Both the position numbers and the translations under genes were made by a program. Below the pieces are notes generated by a model. The model was not told where the DNA came from. It ran no database searches and saw nothing but the letters and a program-made list of their open reading frames with translations. Shown here piece after piece: positions 18,066 through 27,470 of a stretch of 64,000 bases of DNA. Origin of the DNA: a virus. Taxonomy: Duplodnaviria; Caudoviricetes. Position 1 is the first letter of the stretch. Every line of letters starts with the position of its first letter. Where the stretch lies: the IMG/VR virus record IMGVR_UViG_3300037857_000053, positions 7,775 to 71,774 of that record; one strand, given 5' to 3'.

Positions 18066-18736
18066 CCCAGCTCCTGTGCGATCTTCTGCGTCACTGCGTC
18101 CCTGAAATTCTCCAGGGAAGTGGCTGGAAACAGCCGTCCGCCAAAGCCGACGATGTTGTTCTTGAAATAATCCTCGATCCGCTCACGGTCAGAGGGTCGA
18201 TGGATGATCGGCAGGCCATTGATGATCACCCGCATGTGCCACGGGGTGAACTTGGATCCGTGCATGACCACCACGTCTTTAGGCGGCCCGCCCTCGCTGG
18301 CGATGCCATCAGAGGAGACATCCACGATCCGGCGCAAGCCTTCATACTCGTTGGAGTGAAGGATCTCGATTGCATAGGTCATGGCGGCCGAAATGTTCGT
18401 TGTCATCCCGGTGGGCTGCATGGGAGCCGTTTCTATGGCTCTGGCATAGCGTTCCGCGTCCCAGTAGTTGCGCAGGACAGTGAACGGGACCACGGTGTGG
18501 GGTGTTGCGCCAAACTCGACGTAAGCCACCACAATCGCCCCGCAAGCGCCCGCTTCGATCTGGTTGACCACCTGGGAGGATCGGAAAGCATGGGCGTAGC
18601 CGTCGCGCTGGATCTGGTACGGCTCGCCAAACATCGAGTAGGAGGCATCGGCCAGAAGGACAAGCTCGTCGTCAATGCAATCCTGGGCCAAGGCTGGCGA
18701 CATCATCAGGATGAAAAGGGCTGCGAGAAACTTCAT
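18062..18736 (-). CDS. DUF1194-like vWA-fold protein with signal peptide
   Basis: ELVLLADASYSM, QRDGYAHAF, TNISAA and VDVSSDG motifs; N-terminal MKFLAALFILMMSPALA. Confidence 0.8.
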   Translation of the reverse strand: MKFLAALFILMMSPALAQDCIDDELVLLADASYSMFGEPYQIQRDGYAHAFRSSQVVNQIEAGACGAIVVAYVEFGATPHTVVPFTVLRNYWDAERYARAIETAPMQPTGMTTNISAAMTYAIEILHSNEYEGLRRIVDVSSDGIASEGGPPKDVVVMHGSKFTPWHMRVIINGLPIIHRPSDRERIEDYFKNNIVGFGGRLFPATSLENFRDAVTQKIAQELG

Positions 18737-18829
18737 GGCTAATCCTCCGGTTCAGGTCCAGCTGCTGTGAGATCAGCGTTTCCAGCATCCAGAACGGTAA
18801 AAGCATCGGCACGAGGAACATGAGCTGCA

Positions 18830-19246
18830 TCACAAAATGCTCCTTAGGACTGCCAATGCCGTGTTTTCGATCCCGGCTTGATCCCGCTTGCCAATGCCAA
18901 GCATCGGACGCGCCGGCATGTGCTTGGTGCCAAACTGGTGGTAGCGGGCATAATTGACGTTGGAGCCCAAGGTCAGCCGGGGTGACGTCACCTTGAACGA
19001 GAACGAATTGCGAAGGCGTCCGGTATCGACCATCAAGGATCCGCCCTTGCGCCGACGCGCCGTGGATGCCGCCCAGGGAGCCCAGCCCTTTCCGTCTGGA
19101 CCCGTTTTGGTCACGAACCGCTTGACGGTCTGTCCGCGCATGGTCTCCCCGAGGGATTCCAGCATCTTGATCTTGAAGGATTGAGACCTCAGCCGTTCCT
19201 TGAACGCCTCGATGTCAGAGGCATCAAGTTCAATGCGAATTTCCAT
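18830..19246 (-). CDS. Virion morphogenesis protein (Mu gpG / P2 gpS-like)
   Basis: GPDG..WAP, LMVDTGRLRNS, YARYHQFG and MPARPMLG motifs. Confidence 0.9.
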   Translation of the reverse strand: MEIRIELDASDIEAFKERLRSQSFKIKMLESLGETMRGQTVKRFVTKTGPDGKGWAPWAASTARRRKGGSLMVDTGRLRNSFSFKVTSPRLTLGSNVNYARYHQFGTKHMPARPMLGIGKRDQAGIENTALAVLRSIL

Positions 19247-19349
19247 TCGTAAGCCTCTGATTTTATGTGATTTTCATTTCCCGTAAGTGACGAAAAATGA
19301 TAAGATTCGAACAGGTCGAAAGACCACAGCCACGAAGGAGAAATTCAAG

Positions 19350-19790
19350 ATGAACAGCCAAACCAATCAGTCCGAGACTGTTGAAAGCCCTGCTATAAAA
19401 GAGGCTTTTGCCAAGATGATGGAGGACAGCATCCAGTACGCCGTGGAGCGGATCAAAAAGATCGACGCGGCTCTTGAGCGGCACCGGCAATCCCGATCGC
19501 TTGCCTCTCATTCCTGGGTGGTTGTTTCCCCCGATTACTGGGTTGTCGAATACACGTTTGAGCCAGCTGGCAAAGGCAAGCGCCGGACCACCGGGTGCGA
19601 GCTGTTGCCTAAGCCAATTGAAGCTGCGGAGCGGTTTACCGAAAAAGATGCCAAGACATTGGCCGATGACACGTTCAACGGTCATGGCAAGAAAATGCTG
19701 GCCATGCACTGGGTTGATGCTTTGGCAGGTGAACGCGCAGCTAAGCTCAAACTGATTGAGGAGCTGCGCTCTACCCGCGCGCCAAATTAA
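19350..19790 (+). CDS. Hypothetical protein, antisense moron in the late region
   Basis: ATG after AGCCACGAAGGAG leader; AT-rich upstream region. Confidence 0.75.
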   Translation: MNSQTNQSETVESPAIKEAFAKMMEDSIQYAVERIKKIDAALERHRQSRSLASHSWVVVSPDYWVVEYTFEPAGKGKRRTTGCELLPKPIEAAERFTEKDAKTLADDTFNGHGKKMLAMHWVDALAGERAAKLKLIEELRSTRAPN

Positions 19791-20181
19791 CGACGCTGGA
19801 TGTGGTGGGGCTCAACGTTTCCGCCTCATCCCCCTCCCCGGACGTGACAGCTCCAAGCGAAGCCTTTCCGGCCGCGATCTTCTCAAGCAGCGACACCGCA
19901 TCCTTGTACCGGGTGCGGTGTTCTTCCGTCCAACGACCTGACTCCAGGACCATCCGGTAAAGGGCGATATCGACGCACAAGCGTTTCAGGAGCGGCGTGG
20001 AAACCGTGATCGGCAGATTGTACTGCTGGGACAGATAAGCGTCCATTTCAGCCGAAGCATCATCAAACGCCCGAGTGATGGTCTCAGCATTGGCGGATCC
20101 ATCCCCGTCCCGGTCCGCTGCCCGGTTCAGCTCGTCAAGACCATAGAGATCGGAAATGTCGCTGGATGTGGCATAGGCCAT
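19771..20181 (-). CDS. Head-tail connector (Mu gp36 / DUF1320)
   Basis: MAYAT..D, DASAEMDAYL..QY.LP and LCVDIALYR motifs. Confidence 0.9.
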   Translation of the reverse strand: MAYATSSDISDLYGLDELNRAADRDGDGSANAETITRAFDDASAEMDAYLSQQYNLPITVSTPLLKRLCVDIALYRMVLESGRWTEEHRTRYKDAVSLLEKIAAGKASLGAVTSGEGDEAETLSPTTSSVVNLARG

Positions 20182-20190
20182 GGGCGGCTC

Positions 20191-20397
20191 CTAGTTCAGC
20201 TTTGCTTCTTCAAAATCGGACAGGTCGATGCTGGCCCAGTAGCCCTCAAAGTGAGCCACGGCCACCACCGCTTCTTCCTGGTCCGACAAGCAGCCGCGAT
20301 CGCACAGCCAGGTCTTGATGTCCCAGATGTTATCTTCATCATCCAGAGCTATGGCCCGCTCGCGATTGACGGCCACAAAGTGGACCTGATCACTCAC
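20191..20397 (-). CDS. 68-aa hypothetical protein, paralog of 61932-62132
   Basis: GTG start next to the upstream stop; AVNR...WL...AVVAVA...W..I.L.DF pattern. Confidence 0.6.
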   Translation of the reverse strand: MSDQVHFVAVNRERAIALDDEDNIWDIKTWLCDRGCLSDQEEAVVAVAHFEGYWASIDLSDFEEAKLN

Positions 20398-20860
20398 CGC
20401 TGGTTTCGGTGGTGCCAGCGTCATCGCCCTTAGAGGCATCACCATCCTCGGAAGCGTTTGCGTCGGTCTGTTCACCGTCCTCAGAGGCGTCTGCGTCTTC
20501 GTTTGAAGCAGCGGCCTCCAGCAGCGCCTTCTTGGCCTCATCGGCTTTGGCTTTTGCGCCTTTGCCGGTAAACGGGCCAATCAGAACCTCGCCATTTTGC
20601 TCGACCGCCCAACGTCCGCTGCCCTTGTGAACAAGGTCAAGGTCCTGGGAGGGATCAAAGGTGACGTTCGGAACGATCTCGATATCATCCGGAAGCTCTG
20701 GAGTTTCCCCAGTTTGGATCGGCTCCAACGGCTTGGGAGCTTCCGGCTCCGGCAGACCTCGAGCATGGGCTGCGCGGATCTCACGGATTTTCTGGCGTTC
20801 TTCCTCCAGAGCCGCGTTTTTGGCAAGGCGCGCTGCGCGCCGGTTCTTCCAGCCCTTCAT
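20390..20860 (-). CDS. Acidic hypothetical protein after the capsid gene
   Basis: 156 aa with D/E-rich tail. Confidence 0.7.
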   Translation of the reverse strand: MKGWKNRRAARLAKNAALEEERQKIREIRAAHARGLPEPEAPKPLEPIQTGETPELPDDIEIVPNVTFDPSQDLDLVHKGSGRWAVEQNGEVLIGPFTGKGAKAKADEAKKALLEAAASNEDADASEDGEQTDANASEDGDASKGDDAGTTETSGE

Positions 20861-20962
20861 GATGGGTCTCCGGGTAAAAATTGAAAGGAGTGCCGGGAGG
20901 GTAACTCTGGGGGTTCCCCTCCCGGCGAACGTCCCGGCTCATTCCAGGACGTGGGGCCTCGT

Positions 20963-21937
20963 TTAGCCAAGCGTGTGAACGAACTTCACGACCTTGATGT
21001 CTTTCGGATCGTAGACACGGGTCCAGTTGCCACCATCACCCAGCTCCGCATTGGACGGGGTCGGCTTGGCCGGAACACCGGAACCCGGTGCCCACTTAAC
21101 GCCGCGGACGTGGCAGATGAAGTTCCGGCGGTGGACGATGTACTCCATACCGCCGCCTTTCAGAGGCTCGCGGCCAGCTTCCACACCGTACTCCGGATCC
21201 CACTGAGCAAAGCCCAGAGCACCAGATCCGAAAATGTAGGATGTGTAGACCGGGCCAGTCGCCTTGGTGTTGCGGTCCGACACGATCACGCGCTTGCCCA
21301 TGTAAGTCGGGATTGTCGCGTTGCCCTCTGAGTCCAGAGCAAAGTCGATCAGATCCTGCTTTTTCATGGAGGTATAGGTGTCGGAGTGGATTGCCACACC
21401 GGACAGCTCATCCTGCATGTCACCCAGCTTACCACCTGCATCAATGAAGGCCTCGGCGTCGAAATTGGACGCAGCGCCCGACAGGCCGGAAATGTCGTGG
21501 ACGTTTCCAGTCATGTTGGAGGCCGCCATCGCACCATCCAGAACAGACAATGCCAGGGTGTCGATACGCTTGGCCCAGTAGTCCGCGAACTTGTCGGCAA
21601 TGTCGGCAATCGGATCGGCACCGGACAATTCGCCGGACAGATCAGATGCACCGAAGGACTTGGCGCGGAACAGACGGGCTGCAACGTCCTTATCGGAACC
21701 GATGGCGTTCACGGTCAGGTCGTTCGTGTCATCCATGATTTCTTCCTCGCCGGACAGATCGGAGAGGAAAGGCATCTGGATGGTGATCCCGCCGCGCTGC
21801 TGCACAATGGTGGCAACATCGGACAGATCGGACATGATGCCGGACTGGACCAGGGCAAGTTTTTCAACTGTGCGCTTGGACGCATACGGCAGGAAGACCT
21901 CAGGAACAATGAGGTCTGCAAGTTTAGTCTCGGCCAT
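20963..21937 (-). CDS. Major capsid protein
   Basis: TKLADLIVPEVF N-terminus; IQMPF and TYMGKRVIVSD motifs; downstream of the scaffold gene. Confidence 0.9.
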   Translation of the reverse strand: MAETKLADLIVPEVFLPYASKRTVEKLALVQSGIMSDLSDVATIVQQRGGITIQMPFLSDLSGEEEIMDDTNDLTVNAIGSDKDVAARLFRAKSFGASDLSGELSGADPIADIADKFADYWAKRIDTLALSVLDGAMAASNMTGNVHDISGLSGAASNFDAEAFIDAGGKLGDMQDELSGVAIHSDTYTSMKKQDLIDFALDSEGNATIPTYMGKRVIVSDRNTKATGPVYTSYIFGSGALGFAQWDPEYGVEAGREPLKGGGMEYIVHRRNFICHVRGVKWAPGSGVPAKPTPSNAELGDGGNWTRVYDPKDIKVVKFVHTLG

Positions 21938-22448
21938 GGGGGTCTCCTTGTAGCCAATCAAAGTCAGGTGAGCCGAGCAGGTCCTTGGTGAACCCGCTCA
22001 TGGACCGGACAAACGGTGAGATTTCAGGCGCTGCCCAGTTCCATTTCCCCCGGAAGTGATGGCCGTGCGGCCAATCGTTCGCGCCGTCGATGTGCCCCTC
22101 ATGGGGATCGATCGGCACACCGCACAAGACGACCTTCTCGAACTGGAATAGGTCGAGCGCGACTTGAACGGCATAGAGTCCGGAGGAGCCGCCCCATTTC
22201 TCGTTGACCACTGTGGGAGTGCGTCCGATGCCATGGGTACGGCGGTGCGTAACCACGTAATGAGCCTGAGGCCCCTTACGCTGTCGTTGCCAGTCTCCCA
22301 GGTTTTCAGGGTGAAGTGTCACCCAAGCCAGGAGGGGATCGGGAACCATGACCCCGGCGAGATTCACCGCGATCAGGAAGTGGTGCCCAACAAGAGGTTT
22401 TAAGGCGGCGTAATCATCCCAGACACAGGATGCGCCGCCCAGGATCAC
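21924..22448 (-). CDS. Maf/MptE-like (glycosyltransferase-like) enzyme
   Basis: GTGA overlap with the scaffold stop; ILGGA, IAVN, GGSSGLYAVQVAL and KVVLCGVPID motifs. Confidence 0.55.
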   Translation of the reverse strand: MILGGASCVWDDYAALKPLVGHHFLIAVNLAGVMVPDPLLAWVTLHPENLGDWQRQRKGPQAHYVVTHRRTHGIGRTPTVVNEKWGGSSGLYAVQVALDLFQFEKVVLCGVPIDPHEGHIDGANDWPHGHHFRGKWNWAAPEISPFVRSMSGFTKDLLGSPDFDWLQGDPHGRD

Positions 22449-23284
22449 GCAGCGCCGGCTTCTTGCCTCAGCCGTTTGGCCTTGGCCGGATCGTTCACGG
22501 CAATGCGGGATTGTTCGGTCAGGTTCCAAGTGTCTTTCTTCCAGGGATTGTTGCCGCCTGCGGAGCCGCCTGACGGCGTTCCGGATGTGCCGGACCGTGA
22601 GCCACTGGAATCTGCTGAGAACGCGCTGGAATACGGCTCCAGGGCCTTCATTTCAGAAACAAGATCTTCGATTGACATGGGGTTGGAGATGTCCTTGAGG
22701 CGCACCTCGCCGGACTTGTCCAGAACCTCGGTGACGAACGTCCCGTCTTCTTTCTCACGCACCCGGCATTGCCGCTCCACATGGGGCGTCAAGAGCTCCA
22801 CATTCCCGCCATGCTTTTGCAGGGCAGTTGTGGCCGCGTTGGAGAGCATGAGATGTCGGATCTGGGCGGTGAGCTTGGTTTCGCGCTCGGCCGCCTTGGC
22901 CTGCGCGTCTGAAAGCTCCTGCTTCGCCTTTTCCTTGACCGAGTTGACCTTTTCATCGGCCAGCCGGTCCGCTTCCTTGGTGGGGTCGATCTTCTGGAGA
23001 TTGTCCAGTTTTTCGAGTTTGGCACGAGTGTCGATCGGCTCCAGACCTTCCCAAGTCTTCAGCTTTTTCTCCAGATCGTCCCGTTCCCCCCGCGCCTTGG
23101 ACAGGGAGGATTTCAGGCCTTCGGTGTGGTCGATCGCAACGCCTGCGACCGGCTGCACGTCCAGAATGAATTTCCCGTTGAAGGCGGCAAGCGGGTTCGT
23201 GTCATCGACCTCGACCTTGCGGTAAAGATCGCGCATTCCCTCATCAATCGTTTCCAGGTCTTCGACCAGGGCTTGAAGTGGCAT
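22445..23284 (-). CDS. Capsid scaffolding protein
   Basis: Coiled-coil, charged; C-terminal NPWKKDTWNLTEQ..I...DP..AK.L motif. Confidence 0.85.
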   Translation of the reverse strand: MPLQALVEDLETIDEGMRDLYRKVEVDDTNPLAAFNGKFILDVQPVAGVAIDHTEGLKSSLSKARGERDDLEKKLKTWEGLEPIDTRAKLEKLDNLQKIDPTKEADRLADEKVNSVKEKAKQELSDAQAKAAERETKLTAQIRHLMLSNAATTALQKHGGNVELLTPHVERQCRVREKEDGTFVTEVLDKSGEVRLKDISNPMSIEDLVSEMKALEPYSSAFSADSSGSRSGTSGTPSGGSAGGNNPWKKDTWNLTEQSRIAVNDPAKAKRLRQEAGAA

Positions 23285-23401
23285 AGTGTCCTCTTTCCAG
23301 CGCATCCCGCGCCAGCGCCCGTGCGCCCGCATCCCGCGAGCACAGGGGCATGGGTTGTCTCCGGTTTTGGAGGGTTTGGGAGCATCCCGCTCCCGGCGAA
23401 T

Positions 23402-23427
23402 AAAAAAGGCCCCGGAAAACCGAGGCC
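23402..23427 (-). terminator. Intrinsic terminator candidate
   Basis: GGCC...GGCC imperfect stem next to an A6 tract. Confidence 0.45.
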
Positions 23428-23463
23428 AGTGTCAGGCGGTGACTGAGGGGAGGAGTCCGAGCC

Positions 23464-23754
23464 TTACGAGCCCAGAGGTTTCAAAGCCTCCGGGATCTGC
23501 CCGCCTGAAAATCGAGGAGCCTGGCATCTTGCACAGACCCACAGGTATTGCCCGCCCACGATGTGACCTTTCTCCTCCATGGGAGACGTTATGGTCAGGG
23601 CGAGCTCTCCGTAGTTGAACCCAAGCTCCTCAGAGCATTTCGGACAGCGATGCAGCCGCGCACCGGAAGACGTTTCCGGCTGGGTTTGCACCCGCTCTCC
23701 GTTTTCTCCGATCAACCCGTCAATGACGGTGAAGCGCTTGGGGCTATCGGTCAT
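23464..23754 (-). CDS. Hypothetical zinc-ribbon protein
   Basis: CPKC...CARC. Confidence 0.65.
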   Translation of the reverse strand: MTDSPKRFTVIDGLIGENGERVQTQPETSSGARLHRCPKCSEELGFNYGELALTITSPMEEKGHIVGGQYLWVCARCQAPRFSGGQIPEALKPLGS

Positions 23755-24074
23755 GGGGTAAAACGGACATTCATTGGCAGCGGAGCCCCTTGCCGGGCCA
23801 TCGTGCCGTTGAGATACTTGCCCGGTTCATAAGACTGAACGATCAAGGTCCAAACGTCGCCGTCAAGGCTGAGTGTGTAGACCGGGCCATCCTTGCGCTC
23901 CAGGGTCACTGCCCCGTCTTTGATGGATGTGTTTTCGATCAGCCGATACTGGCCGGCTTCCATGTCGAGGGTCAAAGCGGTGTGACCGCTCAAAGCCGAC
24001 CAGGTGCCATCAATGTCACTGGCAGCAAAAGCGGGTGTGGCAAGAACCAAAAAAGCAGCAATGAAACGGAACAT
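23751..24074 (-). CDS. Secreted beta-rich hypothetical protein
   Basis: Signal peptide MFRFIAAFLVLATPAFA, then IDGTW; GGAGG RBS. Confidence 0.65.
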   Translation of the reverse strand: MFRFIAAFLVLATPAFAASDIDGTWSALSGHTALTLDMEAGQYRLIENTSIKDGAVTLERKDGPVYTLSLDGDVWTLIVQSYEPGKYLNGTMARQGAPLPMNVRFTP

Positions 24075-24126
24075 TCGTGGCCTCCAATTTTGAAAGCCCG
24101 AATCTACGCGCCAAAGCTGCATTAGT

Positions 24127-24300
24127 TCAAGAGCCTTTCGAGTCGTTGCGCTTGAAGCCCTTCAGTTCCCCGTTCTCCACAATGGCCCTGGTCCCAGCCT
24201 TTACGACCTGCTTGCCCTCGGTGATCGTCCCATCCGGAAATTCGACCTGGAGCTTGTCGGAGGCTTTACCGACGAACCGGTCTCTGCTCGTTTCGCTCAT
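24127..24300 (-). CDS. 57-aa protein coupled to the MuF-ART gene (missing from the ORF track)
   Basis: MSETSRDRFVGKASDKLQVEFPDGTITEGKQVVKAGTRAIVENGELKGFKRNDSKGS; start overlaps the ART gene stop. Confidence 0.55.
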   Translation of the reverse strand: MSETSRDRFVGKASDKLQVEFPDGTITEGKQVVKAGTRAIVENGELKGFKRNDSKGS

Positions 24301-25985
24301 GGTGCGTCCTTCTTGATCACGTCCGTAAATGGCAAGATGTCCGCCTCAATCTCCCAAAAATCACCGTTGAAGTGAACCTTGGTGATTTTCTGGGCCGTGC
24401 CTGGTGGAAGGATAATCTCATCCTCGCGCAAGCTGCCCGCCATCGCAGGATGCCCCTTCTTGACCCGATACCGAAACACGGCCTGACCCGGCGCTCCGGA
24501 TTTTAAAAACATATCAGCGCCGTCCCGCAAGGTGGCGGTGGACAAGAAACCCTTGTCGCGGATGATCGCGCCCTTCAGGTCCGAGATCTCCATGGTCTGA
24601 TTGGGCAAGAGGCTGTGGATGCTTTGGTGCCCGCGATAAAGGTAGGCATCCGCTGGCATTCGGGCATCGCTCCGATCGAACATCTTTTGAAGGGTTTTAA
24701 TCTTCTTGATGTTTTCCGGGTCTATCGCCTTTTCGTAGCGCTTCGGGTCGATCTCCGGATCAACGCCGCGCAAGTACCCGTTCATCGACCGGTATCCAGG
24801 GCCGATGTAACGCTGGTGCGCAGCATGTTCTGGAGTGCCCTCTACGAGCATGGTTTCCGGGTTGAAGATACGGTCCTGGTCCACCAGGTTGCCCAAGGTA
24901 TTGTCTGAGACCGGTTTGAAATTGGTGATCGTGCCATAGACCCGCTCGACCTCCGGCTGCTTGGATACATACCGTCCAAGGCCCGCTTTTTGAAACGCGG
25001 CCCGGTTGGAGGTTGCCAGCTCGGCCAGGGTGATCTTGGTTCCATCCTTGGCGATGAACTTGTCCGCCTTCACGCCTTGCTGGAACAGCTTGAACCGGCT
25101 CGGGCCCAAAACACGCTCCTGCATGTCCGGATCCTGGCGCTCCAGCCAGTCCTTGTATTCAGGGATGTCCTCGCCGTCGTCCTCTTTCAACAGGCCGATG
25201 ATCGTGGACCGGCAGCTGGGGTGTGCAGGCGGGATCGGACCCTTGCCCGTCTGGTAAACGGACGCATGACGCCCCTGGCAGATCGGCGTGGTGCGCGAAT
25301 CCAGGATCGAGATCCACTGGTACTTCGGAAAGATGTCCTTGTTCCGGTCGATCGTCTCCATGTGAACCCGGTTAGTCACATGATTGACCGAGGTTCGCAC
25401 CACCATTTCAGCCCGGCCGCGCATCAGACCCAGCGTGGAGGATCCGTTGTTCTTGCCCATCAGACGCGCAATGATCTGGTCATGGCTCTCGCCTTCCGCC
25501 ATGCCGATATTGACCTGCCGGCGGATTTCGTTCTGGTGGCCGATTTCCAGCCCCTGGAACCAGTCTTTCAGATAACGCCCGTTCAAGGGCTCCGATTCAA
25601 TGATCTGGTTCAGCATCTTGGCATCGAGCAATTCCAGGTCGATCCCGCCGTCAATCCCAAGCTGACCCGCCTGGGCAGACAGGAAGTCGAGGGAAAACCC
25701 AGACTCAAAGCTGCCGATCTCCGCCAGAGCCTCATAGAGCTGATCATTGATCGCTGCGTGGGCCTCGGTGATCCCGCCATCCACCTTCTTGAGAAGACGC
25801 TCCAGAGCCTTGCGCTTGTTCGGCGTCATCCGGCCAGATGTTGGAAGGTTCTCCAGAAGCTGTGAGCGGACATCCCCGGCGACATCCTGCAACAGGGCAT
25901 GGATTTTCTTGATCTGCCCCTTGGAGAAAAGCTCGACCCCAACACGGTGCGAGATCAGCGTGTCAACGAGCTTCTGACTGGGCAT
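24297..25985 (-). CDS. MuF (SPP1 gp7-like) minor head protein fused to a C-terminal ADP-ribosyltransferase domain
   Basis: WISILDSRTTPIC and PPAHPSCRSTI (MuF); YRSMNGYLRG, LYRG, DKGFLSTA and REDEIILP (R-S-E ART). Confidence 0.9.
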   Translation of the reverse strand: MPSQKLVDTLISHRVGVELFSKGQIKKIHALLQDVAGDVRSQLLENLPTSGRMTPNKRKALERLLKKVDGGITEAHAAINDQLYEALAEIGSFESGFSLDFLSAQAGQLGIDGGIDLELLDAKMLNQIIESEPLNGRYLKDWFQGLEIGHQNEIRRQVNIGMAEGESHDQIIARLMGKNNGSSTLGLMRGRAEMVVRTSVNHVTNRVHMETIDRNKDIFPKYQWISILDSRTTPICQGRHASVYQTGKGPIPPAHPSCRSTIIGLLKEDDGEDIPEYKDWLERQDPDMQERVLGPSRFKLFQQGVKADKFIAKDGTKITLAELATSNRAAFQKAGLGRYVSKQPEVERVYGTITNFKPVSDNTLGNLVDQDRIFNPETMLVEGTPEHAAHQRYIGPGYRSMNGYLRGVDPEIDPKRYEKAIDPENIKKIKTLQKMFDRSDARMPADAYLYRGHQSIHSLLPNQTMEISDLKGAIIRDKGFLSTATLRDGADMFLKSGAPGQAVFRYRVKKGHPAMAGSLREDEIILPPGTAQKITKVHFNGDFWEIEADILPFTDVIKKDAP

Positions 25986-25988
25986 GGT

Positions 25989-27467
25989 TTACTCCGGTGT
26001 GCCGCCGCTCTCCGATTCATTGCCGCCCGGATTGCCAGTCTGTGAGTCGGATGTTTCACGGGAAACATCGGCATTTGTGTCAAATCCAAAGCTGTCCTGT
26101 TCCTCAGATCCCAGCTCTTTTTCTTCCGCATCCGGATCGAAATTGGCACTCAGGACACCCCGGCGGCGCATCTCGAACCAATACGTCTTGCGCGATATGT
26201 CTCTGGCGTTCCGTGCCCCTTGGATTGCCGTCAGCTCCGCGTCCTTGCCGATCATGGCGGCAAAGTCGGTGTTGATGGTCAGGGTTGGAGCCTTTTCCAT
26301 GTCCTTGCCCAACCACATGCCCGTGTATTGCAGGGCAAGGTCGAGCGCGTCCTTCATCGCCAGCGACATGGCCTCCAGGACCGAATGACCGCGGGAGGAG
26401 TTGATCGAGGCAACCGTTGCCGTGATCGCATCGGTGTTGTGAACCAGAGGCGCATAGGAGAGCCGCTGCATTTCCCGCTCCAGGCGCAGGATCTGGTCTT
26501 CCGCCTTGGAGACAGAGCCGCCCGTGGCTTCCACGAAATACCACTTGCCGGAGGCATCGGAGGTCTGCAACAGCCGCATCGGACCAATGGCAATGTCCTT
26601 CGGATTGCCGTTCTCATCGGTCTCCCGCTGGATCGGACCGGACAGGCCCAGCATCGGAAAACACGTGACGCGGATGATGTTGCCAAGGTCGGAGGATTTC
26701 TGGAAATGCTCCAGGTTCTTCTCCGCCAGGGTCAGAAGCGGCGGCTTCGCATTGCCATTGGACTCCAGCTCCCCGCAGATGAACGCGACAAGCGGGACCC
26801 ACTCCAGTGGTTTGCCGCCGACCACGTAGGTGCCTTGGTCAACAACCGCCCAGCCGTTGTCTTGCCGCCAGACACGCCATTCGCCAGCTTCGATTTCTCG
26901 GATCTGGGTCTTGGTGACAACTTCAAAGCCATCGCGTTCCTCGTAGGTCTCCCGGATCCGGGCATAGACGAACCGGGTCTTGCCGCCGATCTTGGCTGTC
27001 TGCCACTCCAGGAGCGCGGACGCTGGTACACGGGTCCAGGTCACACCGGCTGCGCGCTGGTCGGCCAGGGTTGCCCCCTCCTCCAGTTTTGGCGCATCCA
27101 CCAGGATGTACTCAACCCCGTTGGCCAGGGATCCGGCGAAGAAATGGCGGGCAAAGCGGTTAACATCCTCGCCCTCCCCGTTCACGTCGGTGAGGAACCT
27201 CTCATAGTCCGGGTCCAGGCCTTCATCGGAGGCGGTCATGGACCGGTCGAAGGTGGTCGAGGTCAGCTCGCGAATGGTGTTCTCAAACGCGGGCCACAAG
27301 AACGATCGCTTCTGCCGGGCCTCGTAGTTGGCGGTCATTTCCGCCTCGTGCTTTGGCAGGAAGTCCTCGTTCAACAGGGCCTTGCGCCCACTCAAGAGCG
27401 CGTCAATCAACGCCCAGTCGTCTGCCCGAGCGTCATAGCGCGGTCCGGTAACAGTGGGATCTGCCAT
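25989..27467 (-). CDS. Portal protein (DUF4055-like)
   Basis: 492 aa between terL and MuF; WVPLVAF, PPLLTLAEKNLEHFQKSSD. Confidence 0.88.
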   Translation of the reverse strand: MADPTVTGPRYDARADDWALIDALLSGRKALLNEDFLPKHEAEMTANYEARQKRSFLWPAFENTIRELTSTTFDRSMTASDEGLDPDYERFLTDVNGEGEDVNRFARHFFAGSLANGVEYILVDAPKLEEGATLADQRAAGVTWTRVPASALLEWQTAKIGGKTRFVYARIRETYEERDGFEVVTKTQIREIEAGEWRVWRQDNGWAVVDQGTYVVGGKPLEWVPLVAFICGELESNGNAKPPLLTLAEKNLEHFQKSSDLGNIIRVTCFPMLGLSGPIQRETDENGNPKDIAIGPMRLLQTSDASGKWYFVEATGGSVSKAEDQILRLEREMQRLSYAPLVHNTDAITATVASINSSRGHSVLEAMSLAMKDALDLALQYTGMWLGKDMEKAPTLTINTDFAAMIGKDAELTAIQGARNARDISRKTYWFEMRRRGVLSANFDPDAEEKELGSEEQDSFGFDTNADVSRETSDSQTGNPGGNESESGGTPE

Positions 27468-27470
27468 GAA

